IMG/VR virus record: IMGVR_UViG_3300036861_001052
Span: 74,415-138,414 of that record
Direction: 5' to 3' (one strand)
From: a virus
DNA length: 64,000 bases
Below are positions 18,662 to 27,465 of this stretch, piece after piece. Each line of letters starts with the position of its first letter. Positions within the stretch are counted from its first letter, which is position 1. A program made the translations under genes and the position numbers. The notes under the pieces are model-generated. The model was not told where the DNA came from. It was given only the letters and a program-made list of their open reading frames with translations, and ran no database searches.

Positions 18662-18696
18662 CGGACGGCGGTTTCCCTCAAAAGAGCCGCCGTCCG
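18662..18696 (+). other. Intergenic hairpin between capsid candidate genes
   Basis: Perfect 10-bp stem CGGACGGCGG/CCGCCGTCCG with no U-tract. Confidence 0.45.
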
Positions 18697-18725
18697 GTAC
18701 TCCTCACGGAGGCACGAAAAAAGAC

Positions 18726-19718
18726 ATGGCAAGTTGGGAACAGGTCATTCGAGACCTGCAGAACACGGCAGGCTTTGCCGCCGCAAAGGCGAAGGAAGCG
18801 ATCGACAAGGCAGGCCGAAACGAGAGCGCCCTCGCGCTCGTCCGGCAAGAGCTCGAACGCGAGCAGCGCTCCATGCAAGCGCTCGCCGACGCGCTCGAAA
18901 AGGTCCAGGGCCGCGGCGCGGGCTACGGTAACGGTAACGTCGGCGTCGACGAGCGCGTGCGCTACATCGAGTCGATCCCGGGTCGCAGGATCCCGTTCGA
19001 CTTCGTCGTGACGATTCCTATTTCTTCGAACTCGGTCTCGCAGGTCCAGGGCACGAAGACCGTGAGCCAGGACGGGCCGTTCGTGGCGGTTGCGCGCTAC
19101 GCGGCGTTTCAGTCCGCGTTCCAGTTTCAACGGGTAGACCCCGTCACGCAGGAGAAGGCGGTCTTTCAAGGACGCTCCTTCGGCCGTTTTCGTCCGATGC
19201 ACTCCATGTGGGACCTGAACGATGCCTCGACCGGCGTCTTTCAGCCGACGACCGGCATCGCTCAGCCGGGCACGGGCGCGCCGATCGTGGCGGCTCCCTC
19301 GAACATGTCGTCCTTCCGCACGATGGAAGGCGACTTCATCATCCAGATGCTGAATCAAGGCGCTGGCTACCCTCGCGACAATCAGGACGGCGGCATTCCG
19401 AGCGCCTGGTACTCCGAGAGCATCAACAGCCCCTTCCAGCTCGGAGCCTTGGACTTCTTCGAGCGCGGCGAGACGATCCAGTGGAAGGTCACGCCGACGC
19501 ACGTCAATAACCCGCCGGCAGGTAACCTTTCGGGTTACGCTGCGGGTGGCGTGTTCCCGTTCCTCGCGAGCCAGTACGACGTGCACGAGGGCATCAACGA
19601 CCAGCTCGATCCCGAGGCAACGAGCGATCCCATCACGAGGCTCCCCGACGGGATCTTGTGGATAGGGATGCACGGGATCAAGATCGTGCAGCCCCCCGGG
19701 CCGGTGAGGCTCACCTAA
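18726..19718 (+). CDS. Second candidate capsid protein (N-terminal coiled coil + beta-rich domain)
   Basis: GGAGG SD; alternating beta-strand pattern (PFDFVVTIPI, GPFVAVARY, IQWKVTP, LWIGMHGIKI). Confidence 0.55.
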   Translation: MASWEQVIRDLQNTAGFAAAKAKEAIDKAGRNESALALVRQELEREQRSMQALADALEKVQGRGAGYGNGNVGVDERVRYIESIPGRRIPFDFVVTIPISSNSVSQVQGTKTVSQDGPFVAVARYAAFQSAFQFQRVDPVTQEKAVFQGRSFGRFRPMHSMWDLNDASTGVFQPTTGIAQPGTGAPIVAAPSNMSSFRTMEGDFIIQMLNQGAGYPRDNQDGGIPSAWYSESINSPFQLGALDFFERGETIQWKVTPTHVNNPPAGNLSGYAAGGVFPFLASQYDVHEGINDQLDPEATSDPITRLPDGILWIGMHGIKIVQPPGPVRLT

Positions 19719-19726
19719 GGAGAATT

Positions 19727-20632
19727 TTGACCCTCCGATCACATTTGACGCCGCGGCAGGTCAAGGGGCTCGGCCTCGGAGCCCCGTCGCCGCCGGCGGA
19801 GCCCGTACGCGTGCTCGATCCGTGGCGAGGCGATCCGCCTCCTCCTCAGCCCTACGAGGGCGAGGGGATCAGCCACGGCTGCGACGCTTCCCGGGTCCAG
19901 CTCGCCGGAGGGGCGCTGAACACCCTCCTCGTCCATCCCGAGGTGACGCCCTTCGAGCAGCTCTACCGGCGCCTGCCCGAGGAGGGGATGTTTCTCGACT
20001 CGGTCGGCCCGGAGAATCCGTTCACGTTCGAGCTCGGGGCGTTCCGCGTGCCGGACACGTTCACGCTGCTCTTGTTCGATTTGAGGCCAGACATCTATCG
20101 CTTCAGCGGCGTGGATCCGGGAGACACGATCCCGGTCGAGGCGCGGCGCTTCAGCTCGGTTCTCGGCTTTCAGATCACGGTCGACCAGCGCCAGCCCGCC
20201 AATCTCCTCTACCAGCTCGATCCGGCGCCGATTCAGACGTTTCCCGAGGCCTTCACGAATCCGATCGGCGCTCCCGGCGAGCTCCCGCCCGCCATCGCGG
20301 CGGCAATCGGTTTCCAGAACGGATCGCGCTTCAACCTCTCTCAGGCGACGAGCGTCGCGACGGCTTCGGGCGCCGGAGACCAGCTCCAGCCACAGAGGCC
20401 GACCCGGTACGGGCCCTTGTCCGTGCCGTTTACGATGTACATCCGGCCCGGGCAGACGTTTCAAGTCCGCTGCGTGATCTTCAATCCGGTGCCGAGCCCG
20501 ATTGCGTTCATCGAGTACGACATCGCTGGCATGCTCATGCCGGACACGTGGGTGACGACGATGACCGAGTGCATGAAGCCGCTCTCGAACGCTTCGCACG
20601 GTCCAGGCTCTCTCGGGGGAGGTCCACGGTGA
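19727..20632 (+). CDS. Third beta-rich structural protein (minor capsid or vertex candidate)
   Basis: AAGGAG SD then TTG at 19727; VKGLGLG near the N-terminus; strand-rich C-terminal half. Confidence 0.55.
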   Translation: MTLRSHLTPRQVKGLGLGAPSPPAEPVRVLDPWRGDPPPPQPYEGEGISHGCDASRVQLAGGALNTLLVHPEVTPFEQLYRRLPEEGMFLDSVGPENPFTFELGAFRVPDTFTLLLFDLRPDIYRFSGVDPGDTIPVEARRFSSVLGFQITVDQRQPANLLYQLDPAPIQTFPEAFTNPIGAPGELPPAIAAAIGFQNGSRFNLSQATSVATASGAGDQLQPQRPTRYGPLSVPFTMYIRPGQTFQVRCVIFNPVPSPIAFIEYDIAGMLMPDTWVTTMTECMKPLSNASHGPGSLGGGPR

Positions 20633-20634
20633 CT

Positions 20635-20759
20635 TCGGTGAAGGAGGCCAGCCGGCCGCCGTCGCGCTTCCAGCGGGTATGGACGAACGCACCCCTATCG
20701 GACATGGGGGCTGTCGAGTCTTACTCGGGAAACGGCGGACGGCTGGCCTCCTTCACCGA
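20635..20759. repeat. 28-bp inverted repeat (27/28 match) enclosing 69 nt
   Basis: TCGGTGAAGGAGGCCAGCCGGCCGCCGT (20635-20662) versus ACGGCGGACGGCTGGCCTCCTTCACCGA (20732-20759). Confidence 0.85.
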
Positions 20760-20771
20760 GCTCGAGGCGTC

Positions 20772-21539
20772 ATGGTGATGCAGAGCTACGTCGAAGGCGG
20801 CGCCTCCCAGATGGGGACGGCGTGGGACGAGATCGGGATCTTGCCTGCTCCCCCCGGAACGTCGCTCGGCCAGATGGACGCGATGAGTCTCTTCTCGGAG
20901 GTCTCGGACGCGCTCCGCCTGCGGCCCATCGGTGTCGTGACGCCCTGGGCAGCACGCGTCGGTGATCTCGAGTGGGAGGACATTCCCCATCCCGACACGA
21001 ACGTGATGCTCTGGGAGCTCACGGACGCGGCCATCAATGCCGTGCCGGAGGTGACGTTCGGGAGTCCCTTGCCGTTCGTGGGGATCGTGACGTCGCGGCC
21101 GATGAGCGTCGCAGAGACGCGAAAGATGTGGGAGGGGACAGCCTACGCTCCGTACGAGACGCAAGCCGTCTACCGGCAGGACGACGCGAAGGATCCGCCG
21201 ACTGCGCTCTTCTTGCACTGGGGCGAGCGCATCGACATCGCGAAGCTTCCGAAGGAGGTCTTGCTCCTCGGCCCCCGCGCTTCGGCCGCCGCGGGAAGCC
21301 TCGTCTTCGCGGCTCAGATCCCAGCGCAGAATTCGACCACGCGCGCAGCTCCGTCGAGCTCGTTTGCTTCGGTCCTCGCGCGGCAGGCGCCGCTTCCGCC
21401 GGAGCCGCCGCCGAATCCCACGCCGGGCCCGATCCCTCTCGGCCCTGTCAAAGAGGACAAGATGAATCTCGGCGTGCCGATCGCCGTAGGGCTAGGGGCA
21501 GCGGCTCTCGGCTTCTTGCTCTGGAAGAGGAAGAGGTAA
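20772..21539 (+). CDS. Tail-anchored membrane protein
   Basis: SQMG and TSLG motifs, Pro-rich linker, TM + KRKR. Confidence 0.7.
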   Translation: MVMQSYVEGGASQMGTAWDEIGILPAPPGTSLGQMDAMSLFSEVSDALRLRPIGVVTPWAARVGDLEWEDIPHPDTNVMLWELTDAAINAVPEVTFGSPLPFVGIVTSRPMSVAETRKMWEGTAYAPYETQAVYRQDDAKDPPTALFLHWGERIDIAKLPKEVLLLGPRASAAAGSLVFAAQIPAQNSTTRAAPSSSFASVLARQAPLPPEPPPNPTPGPIPLGPVKEDKMNLGVPIAVGLGAAALGFLLWKRKR

Positions 21540-21544
21540 GGCGC

Positions 21545-21919
21545 ATGTATACGGGCGTTGGACAAGACTCTGGCATGGTGTTTCTTCCTGGGAGCATCAC
21601 TCCGCGCCCGACGGCGCCGGCCCCTTCCCAGCCGCCGCGCCTGATCCTTAAGCTCAAGCCGGACGGCGGCACGTGCGACTTCGCCGAGCAGTGCGCCGGT
21701 CACATTTGCCGGAACGGCCTCTGCCGCTCGGGCGTGATACTCAAGCAGCCATCGCGTCCCCCGGCCGAGTCGACACCAGCGCCCGTCCCGTCGCTGGTCG
21801 TCAGCGAAGGCGAGCCCACTACCGAGCCCGGAGCTCCGAAGTCATCGAAGCTCCCGCTCTACATTGCGGCGGGCGGCGTTGCCGTGCTCGGCATCGCCTG
21901 GCTCGTCATGAGAAAGTAG
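21545..21919 (+). CDS. Tail-anchored protein with a small Cys-knot-like module
   Basis: Starts MYTGVG; CDFAEQCAGHICRNGLC; TM + RK. Confidence 0.7.
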   Translation: MYTGVGQDSGMVFLPGSITPRPTAPAPSQPPRLILKLKPDGGTCDFAEQCAGHICRNGLCRSGVILKQPSRPPAESTPAPVPSLVVSEGEPTTEPGAPKSSKLPLYIAAGGVAVLGIAWLVMRK

Positions 21920-21930
21920 GAGATAGAGAG

Positions 21931-22758
21931 ATGTTCGTAGGACAAGGCATGGGCCGGCGCGCACAAGGCGGTCTCGGTCTCTATCAGCCGACGCCTACCG
22001 GCATCAAAGTGACGGCGCTTCCGACGTGCGCATTTCCCGCGGAGAAGGCGGAAGCAGCGAGCAAGTGTCAGACGATGAGTCTTCACGGGCTCGGTCAGAC
22101 GATGACGCGGGTCACGGGGCCGATGACGGGCAGGCTCGCCGGCTACTCGCCCTGCGACATCGTGAACTACCCCGTCTGCCCCGAGCCGAAGTGCATCGAC
22201 GAGCAGACGGTCACCACGATCCTGAAGTGCGCCAACGGCCTACCGGTAGAGGGCGTCGACTGTAACACGCCGAGCACCGCTCTCTATCTCTACTCGCTGT
22301 CGCTTCTGCCCTATTGCGGCAAGCCGAGCTTTTTGGCGCCGCCGCCCTCGTGTCTCTCGAAAGACCAGCAAGCCCTCATCGGGTATTGCGACGCGCATCC
22401 CGACTTCAAGGGCCCGAACAAGTCGTGGAACAACATCTGCTGGGTCAACACGCACGACCCCGTGTACTGGGCGAAGCTTCGAGCGGTGAGGCCGTGCCCG
22501 GTGGCCGCGCCGGCCGCTCCACCTCCGGTGAGGCCCCCGCCGGTCTTGAAGCCTCCGCCCGCGGCGCCGCCGCCGGTTCGTCCTCCTCCATCGGCTCCGC
22601 CGCCCGTCACGGCGCCGCCGTCGGACATGGTCCCGCCGGAAGACATTCCGGACGAGCCGGAGCATCGAGAGTCCGCCATGATGGGGCTCTGGGGGATCCT
22701 CGCGCTCGTGGCCGTGGGAGGCGGGGGATACTACCTCTACAGGCGCTACAAGAGATGA
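21931..22758 (+). CDS. Cys-rich, Pro-stalked tail-anchored protein
   Basis: QGMG, GGLG and LHGLG motifs; many Cys; PPPV repeats; TM + RRYKR. Confidence 0.75.
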   Translation: MFVGQGMGRRAQGGLGLYQPTPTGIKVTALPTCAFPAEKAEAASKCQTMSLHGLGQTMTRVTGPMTGRLAGYSPCDIVNYPVCPEPKCIDEQTVTTILKCANGLPVEGVDCNTPSTALYLYSLSLLPYCGKPSFLAPPPSCLSKDQQALIGYCDAHPDFKGPNKSWNNICWVNTHDPVYWAKLRAVRPCPVAAPAAPPPVRPPPVLKPPPAAPPPVRPPPSAPPPVTAPPSDMVPPEDIPDEPEHRESAMMGLWGILALVAVGGGGYYLYRRYKR

Positions 22759-22952
22759 CCATGAACCTCGTCGCCATCGCCGGAGTGCCCTTCGGGGAGA
22801 GCGTGACGCTGCCCCCGGGCTCGGGCCCCTCACAGCCCTACGTGGCGACGACAGAAGACAAGAAGGCGATGTGGATGGCGCTAGCGGCGCTCGGCGTCGG
22901 CGCAGTCGTGGGCTACGTCTTTCTCGGTGACATGGTGCGGAGGGGCGCGTGA
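22755..22952 (+). CDS. Small tail-anchored protein
   Basis: ATGA coupling; TM + RR. Confidence 0.6.
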   Translation: MTMNLVAIAGVPFGESVTLPPGSGPSQPYVATTEDKKAMWMALAALGVGAVVGYVFLGDMVRRGA

Positions 22953-23173
22953 GAGATCCCGTCCGCACAGCCGCATCGGCTGCCGAGGTCCTCGGGCCCG
23001 CGATGGACGATGTGGGAGGCCCGGTCGGGCTCGTCGGGCGGGCCATGGGGCTCGGAGCCGACGAGATCGACGCCGGCATTCCCGGCTGGGGCTGGTTTGG
23101 CGTCGGCGTCGTAGCCGGCGGGATAGCCATGTACTTTTTGCGTGACCGGCTCCGCGCTTTCGCCGCGGACTGA
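22949..23173 (+). CDS. Small tail-anchored protein
   Basis: AMGLG before the TM; basic tail. Confidence 0.65.
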   Translation: MRDPVRTAASAAEVLGPAMDDVGGPVGLVGRAMGLGADEIDAGIPGWGWFGVGVVAGGIAMYFLRDRLRAFAAD

Positions 23174-23207
23174 GCCACGGTAGGATTGACTCAGAAGGAC
23201 CATCCAC

Positions 23208-24170
23208 ATGAACTCACTCGGCGCCTACTTCGGAAGCACGCGAATCGTTCAAGGGGCAGGTGGGCTCGGCGACGACTACCTCCAGGCCTATGCCGACGGC
23301 GTCGTCGGCGGGAGCGCCCCGAATGCGGAGATGCCGGGTCCGATCACGGCGTACCGCGACGGAAGCCTCGGCCGGATGTCGCACCAGTACGGCGGAGGCG
23401 ACTCGGGCGAGCTAGCCGCTTGGGCTGACGGCGTCGTTGGTGGGAACGCCCCCGACGCGGTCCCGGGCGAGCTCTTCGCCTATCACGACGGAAGCCTCGG
23501 TGCCGAATCGAACCCCGCGACGATCGGCGACGACATCTCGTCCTATCACGACGGCGTCCTCGGCGACCGCAAGAACTTCGTTGTCCCTGGCTTCGGACCG
23601 CTCCAGTCCTTTCACGACGGAAGCCTCGGCGCGTACGCGGCTGCGATCGGAGCGGCGGCGGAAAACGTCCTCGATCTCGGCGACGCCAATGTCTTGAAGG
23701 AACTCAAGGTGGCGATGAGCTTCATCGCTCCCGAGCAGACGCTCACGATGGACGGCCAGAAGGTGTACACGCCCGACTGGTACACGAACGGGATCTGGGA
23801 TCCTCAGGCCTCGCTTCTCTGGCAGTACATCGTCAGTAAGACGAGCGCCTTCAAGGGCAAGAGCGTCTCGGTCGACATCGGCGCGCAGACCTACCCGAAC
23901 GCGACCGGCATCGGCTTCATGGTGGCGGCTCTAGCCGCGCCGCAGTCCGGGACCTACGGCCCCGACTACGTGAAGAAGAACCTCCCCGCGCTCTACGCCT
24001 GGTTTACGGCCGGCGGAGGCACAGTGCTCGCTCCGTACCTGTCCCTCACGGACAAGACGAAGGGCGCGCGCGGCACGCCGAGCTCGGAGATGAAGATGAG
24101 CACCGTCGCGCTCTACGGCCTCGGAGCCGTGGCGCTCTTCGGCGTCGCACTCGTCTTTTGGAAGAAGTGA
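23208..24170 (+). CDS. Tail-anchored protein with six aromatic-x-DG(V/S)(V/L)G repeats
   Basis: YADGVVG, YRDGSLG, WADGVVG, YHDGSLG, YHDGVLG, FHDGSLG; TM + KK. Confidence 0.75.
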   Translation: MNSLGAYFGSTRIVQGAGGLGDDYLQAYADGVVGGSAPNAEMPGPITAYRDGSLGRMSHQYGGGDSGELAAWADGVVGGNAPDAVPGELFAYHDGSLGAESNPATIGDDISSYHDGVLGDRKNFVVPGFGPLQSFHDGSLGAYAAAIGAAAENVLDLGDANVLKELKVAMSFIAPEQTLTMDGQKVYTPDWYTNGIWDPQASLLWQYIVSKTSAFKGKSVSVDIGAQTYPNATGIGFMVAALAAPQSGTYGPDYVKKNLPALYAWFTAGGGTVLAPYLSLTDKTKGARGTPSSEMKMSTVALYGLGAVALFGVALVFWKK

Positions 24171-24173
24171 GCC

Positions 24174-24410
24174 ATGTGGTTAGCATTCACAGGAGCCGAC
24201 AGAATCTGGCCTGCCTGCAATAGCCAGAGGTGCGGATTTGTAAAGGTTCCTGGCACAAACACGAGCCAGCCGGATCTCAATTGTGATCCGGATGCGTGGC
24301 AGCACTGCGTCGACTCGTTGGCTCACGAACAACAGACCCAGCAGCGCATGGTCATAGGCGCCGGACTCGTAGCAGTGGTCGGCATGGCGTGGCTATTTTT
24401 CAGAAAGTGA
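24174..24410 (+). CDS. Small Cys-containing tail-anchored protein with lower-GC codon usage
   Basis: Four Cys; TM + RK. Confidence 0.6.
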   Translation: MWLAFTGADRIWPACNSQRCGFVKVPGTNTSQPDLNCDPDAWQHCVDSLAHEQQTQQRMVIGAGLVAVVGMAWLFFRK

Positions 24411-24420
24411 GTTCGTCATC

Positions 24421-24936
24421 ATGATGAGCGGACTAGGAGCAATGCGGCAAGAGAGCCCGGACGTGGCGCGGCTCAGGCACGCGCTCACGGCATGGGCGGC
24501 GAGCCCGAACGACCGCGCGGCGATCAACGGACTCTACGGCGCCGCGTGGATCTGGACGGCGAAAGTCAGGCCGCGGTTTACGGCGCTCGACAATGCGCTC
24601 GCTTCCGCTCTCGCCCAGTGGGGTAAGAGCCCGAGCGACGTCTCGAGCCAGCGCCTGGTGAGCGCGGCGGCCGCGCGGTGGATGGCGGGCGTGCACGCGC
24701 TCGGTGAATACTTTTCGGGCACTGGCGAATACTTCGCGGCTCAGGGCATGGGAGAGTACTTCTCTGGAACGGGCGAGTACTTCTCGGGTGCGGACGGGCT
24801 CGGAGCGGACATCGCCATGGTCTGCTCCGAAGAGTGCATGAAGTACGTCAAGGCCGACAAGAAGCGCCTCATGCTCATGACGGGATCCATCGCGCTCGGC
24901 CTCGGGCTCTTCGCGGGCATGGTCGTCTTTCGGTGA
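24421..24936 (+). CDS. Tail-anchored protein with four GEYF repeats
   Basis: Starts MMSGLG; ALGEYFSGTGEYFAAQGMGEYFSGTGEYFSGADGLG; C-terminal TM. Confidence 0.75.
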   Translation: MMSGLGAMRQESPDVARLRHALTAWAASPNDRAAINGLYGAAWIWTAKVRPRFTALDNALASALAQWGKSPSDVSSQRLVSAAAARWMAGVHALGEYFSGTGEYFAAQGMGEYFSGTGEYFSGADGLGADIAMVCSEECMKYVKADKKRLMLMTGSIALGLGLFAGMVVFR

Positions 24937-24957
24937 CGGAGAAAGGGCCTCTCCGTT

Positions 24958-25578
24958 TTGAAAGACATCTTCGCAACTTTCGGTCGTAAGGTTTCCCGGA
25001 TCCCCTGGGGGGCCGTTGCGGGCGTTGTCGTCGAGCAGCTCCATGCGCAGGGCGGCGTCGCGGGGCAGGTTCTCGCGCAGCTCCAGGAGTGGGCGGGTCA
25101 TCTCGCCGCGAACGCCGTCCGTGAGTGGCCCGGAACGATCGCGAGTCACGCTCCCTGCGCCTGCCCGAACGTAGCTTCCGGCACACCGAAGAAGTGCCAC
25201 GCCTCGGCCGTCGTCGTCTGCGACATCTGCAATCGCAAATGCTGCCTCGCGCACGCTCGGATCGATTACCTAGCCGGCGCCATCTGCGAGATCTGCATCG
25301 GCGAAGCCAAGGCGCGGGCACGGGCGGCGGGACCAAAAGCTCCGGGTCAGGCGGCTCCGAAAAAGGACGTCGACCGGGCGTTCAGGATCTTGGATCTCGG
25401 TCGCACGGCGACCTGGGAGGAGATCAAGAAGCGCCACCGCGAGCTCGTCTTCAAGCACAACGCCGACCGGCCGCAGACGGACAAGATGCGAGCCCAGAAC
25501 ACGGAGCGCCTGAAGAAGGTGAACTGGGCGCTCGAGGTCCTACGGAAGTTTCATGAGGACAAGAAGGAGGCCGCGTAG
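24958..25578 (+). CDS. Zn-finger plus C-terminal J-like domain protein (HPD replaced by NAD)
   Basis: CDIC..CC..H..CEIC; AFRILDLGRTATWEEIKKRHRELVFKHNADR...VNWALEVL. Confidence 0.7.
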   Translation: MKDIFATFGRKVSRIPWGAVAGVVVEQLHAQGGVAGQVLAQLQEWAGHLAANAVREWPGTIASHAPCACPNVASGTPKKCHASAVVVCDICNRKCCLAHARIDYLAGAICEICIGEAKARARAAGPKAPGQAAPKKDVDRAFRILDLGRTATWEEIKKRHRELVFKHNADRPQTDKMRAQNTERLKKVNWALEVLRKFHEDKKEAA

Positions 25579-25775
25579 TGGCCCTCTACAAGGTGAAGCT
25601 CCGCGTCGACTACGTCCTCGACATCCTCATCGAGAACGCCCCGAGCGCCGATGAGGCGAAGCGCAGAGCGGCATTCGAGGCCACGAAGGCCGTCGAGCGC
25701 GCGTTTCCTGAGAGCACGAGCATGATCGGGCAGGCTCAGCCCCTCTCCGCCGTCTGCGTGAACAGCCTGGAGTAG
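25578..25775 (+). CDS. Small hypothetical protein
   Basis: AAGGAGG SD and TAGTG coupling. Confidence 0.6.
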   Translation: MALYKVKLRVDYVLDILIENAPSADEAKRRAAFEATKAVERAFPESTSMIGQAQPLSAVCVNSLE

Positions 25776-25786
25776 AGCCCGATGAA

Positions 25787-25969
25787 CTACTTCACCCCGA
25801 ACATGCGCTTGACCTCTTCGTGCGAGGTTCTGGTCTCCGGGCCCTCTCTGCGGCCTTGGGCGATCTGCTGCCAGAGCGCTTCGTTCGTCGCCCAGTACCA
25901 GTCTTCGTCGTCCATGTCCGCGACTGCGGTAAAAAGGTTTTGCGCGTCGCTGGGCTCGATTGGTTTCAT
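25787..25969 (-). CDS. Small antisense protein, antitoxin-like
   Basis: Ends ...QIAQGRREGPETRTSHEEVKRMFGVK, a tail reminiscent of RelB/Phd-type antitoxins; fills an otherwise empty gap. Confidence 0.45.
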   Translation of the reverse strand: MKPIEPSDAQNLFTAVADMDDEDWYWATNEALWQQIAQGRREGPETRTSHEEVKRMFGVK

Positions 25970-25999
25970 GGGGTGCCCTGCTGTTTTAGCAGGTGCAGA

Positions 26000-26386
26000 A
26001 TGACGTACCACCCCGTAGGTGCCGGCCCTGGGCCCGTCGAAAAGTACAAGGTCGACGCGCCGTGGCCCTGGGGCGACAACACGGAGATCGCGCTTCCGAT
26101 CCAGGAGCTCGTGAGCGACGCCTGGGCTGCGGCTCGTCCCCGCATCGACGAGCTCGAGGCGAAGCTCATCGACGACATGGAAAACGAGATGTCTCTCTAC
26201 GGGCCACGGCTCGTGAAAGACATCATGGACAACGTCGTCACTCCCGAAATGAACAAGGAGCTCGAGGTCGCGATGGCCGAGCTCGACGTCATGAAAACGG
26301 ACGTCACGAGGACTCTCTTTGCCGTGGGCGCTTCTCTCGTCATCGCTGTCGGGCTCGGCGCCTGGTGGCTGAAGAAGGGTAAGTGA
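26000..26386 (+). CDS. Tail-anchored protein (paralog of 26673..26906)
   Basis: MTYHPVGAGPGPVEKYKVDAPWPWG...; TM + KKGK. Confidence 0.7.
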   Translation: MTYHPVGAGPGPVEKYKVDAPWPWGDNTEIALPIQELVSDAWAAARPRIDELEAKLIDDMENEMSLYGPRLVKDIMDNVVTPEMNKELEVAMAELDVMKTDVTRTLFAVGASLVIAVGLGAWWLKKGK

Positions 26387-26670
26387 TGGGCAAGCGCGGC
26401 CCCGTCTTCTTTCAGATCCCCGTCGAGCTCAGGTTCGTGGTGACGGTGCAGCTCCCGGCCTTGCCGGAGTCGGGGCAGTACATGTCTCGGCCGTACGGTC
26501 TTTCGCCGGCCGAGGGGAAGGAACTGCGGGACGAGGCAGAGGCGATTGCGTGGGAGTTTTTGGAGCGGAAGATCGATGTGGGCGGCGGAGAAGCCATTGC
26601 GGCTCACGTGGAGGAATGGGAGCTCACTCGAGGCGGTCGCTCTGGCGTAAAAAGTCGAAGGGGCAGATAA
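26383..26670 (+). CDS. Hypothetical protein
   Basis: Overlapping start; fills the gap between the paralogs. Confidence 0.55.
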   Translation: MMGKRGPVFFQIPVELRFVVTVQLPALPESGQYMSRPYGLSPAEGKELRDEAEAIAWEFLERKIDVGGGEAIAAHVEEWELTRGGRSGVKSRRGR

Positions 26671-26672
26671 CG

Positions 26673-26906
26673 ATGTACCGAGCCGTCGGCGCTGGACCCG
26701 GAGACGTGACGACCTACCGCGTGGATCTCCCGCTTCCGTGGGGCAGGGACACGGAGGTGACTCTGCCCATGCAGGCGCTCGTCGACGACGCGTACGCCGC
26801 CATGGAGCCTAACCTCACGGCCGCCATCAACAAGGGAGCGATCGTCATCGCTGCGTCCGTGGCCCTCGCCGTAGGCCTCGCAGCGATGTGGATCAAGAAA
26901 GGATGA
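26673..26906 (+). CDS. Tail-anchored protein (paralog of 26000..26386)
   Basis: MYRAVGAGPGDVTTYRVDLPLPWG...; TM + KKG. Confidence 0.7.
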   Translation: MYRAVGAGPGDVTTYRVDLPLPWGRDTEVTLPMQALVDDAYAAMEPNLTAAINKGAIVIAASVALAVGLAAMWIKKG

Positions 26907-26907
26907 C

Positions 26908-27147
26908 GTGGCTTCTCTCTGGCGCTTCGTCGTCGACATCTACGAGCCCGGGACGAGCACGGCGTATCCGGTGCTCCGCCACGTCTTTTTTGGCCTCGAC
27001 GAAGAGGAAGCCTACGGCACCTTCGAGGCGCACATGACGACGGACGAGTTTTTGCGCGGGTGCGTGGAAAAGGGCCGCTGGAACGGCCTCGACTGTATTG
27101 CCAAGGCGCAGTGGCTTGCTCCGGGAGAGCAAATCCCCGAAGATTAG
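26908..27147 (+). CDS. Hypothetical protein
   Basis: AAAGGA SD; compact ORF. Confidence 0.6.
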   Translation: MASLWRFVVDIYEPGTSTAYPVLRHVFFGLDEEEAYGTFEAHMTTDEFLRGCVEKGRWNGLDCIAKAQWLAPGEQIPED

Positions 27148-27156
27148 GAGACCCCG

Positions 27157-27465
27157 ATGTCCTACTGGAACGTTCCGGACCAAGACTACCATGAGCTCCC
27201 CGTGGCGACGCCGTTCTGGCAGTCGGCGCCGGTGCCGGGCTGGGGCAAAAACCCGCTTCGCGCCGGTCCCCGGCGGGTCGGCATCGGCGGCGGGATCTGG
27301 GAAGAGGATGCGTTTCTCCCTCACTACATGTCGATCGGCGAAGATCCGGCGGCGAGCTACCGCGAGACGAGCTACGGCGTCGTGGCGCTGTCTGGCGCGG
27401 GCGGGATCATGCTCGGGATCTTGTTCGGCTACGCCTGGTGGGGGATGAAGAAACGGGCGGCGTAG
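27157..27465 (+). CDS. Tail-anchored protein
   Basis: RVGIG and MSIG motifs; TM + KKR. Confidence 0.7.
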   Translation: MSYWNVPDQDYHELPVATPFWQSAPVPGWGKNPLRAGPRRVGIGGGIWEEDAFLPHYMSIGEDPAASYRETSYGVVALSGAGGIMLGILFGYAWWGMKKRAA

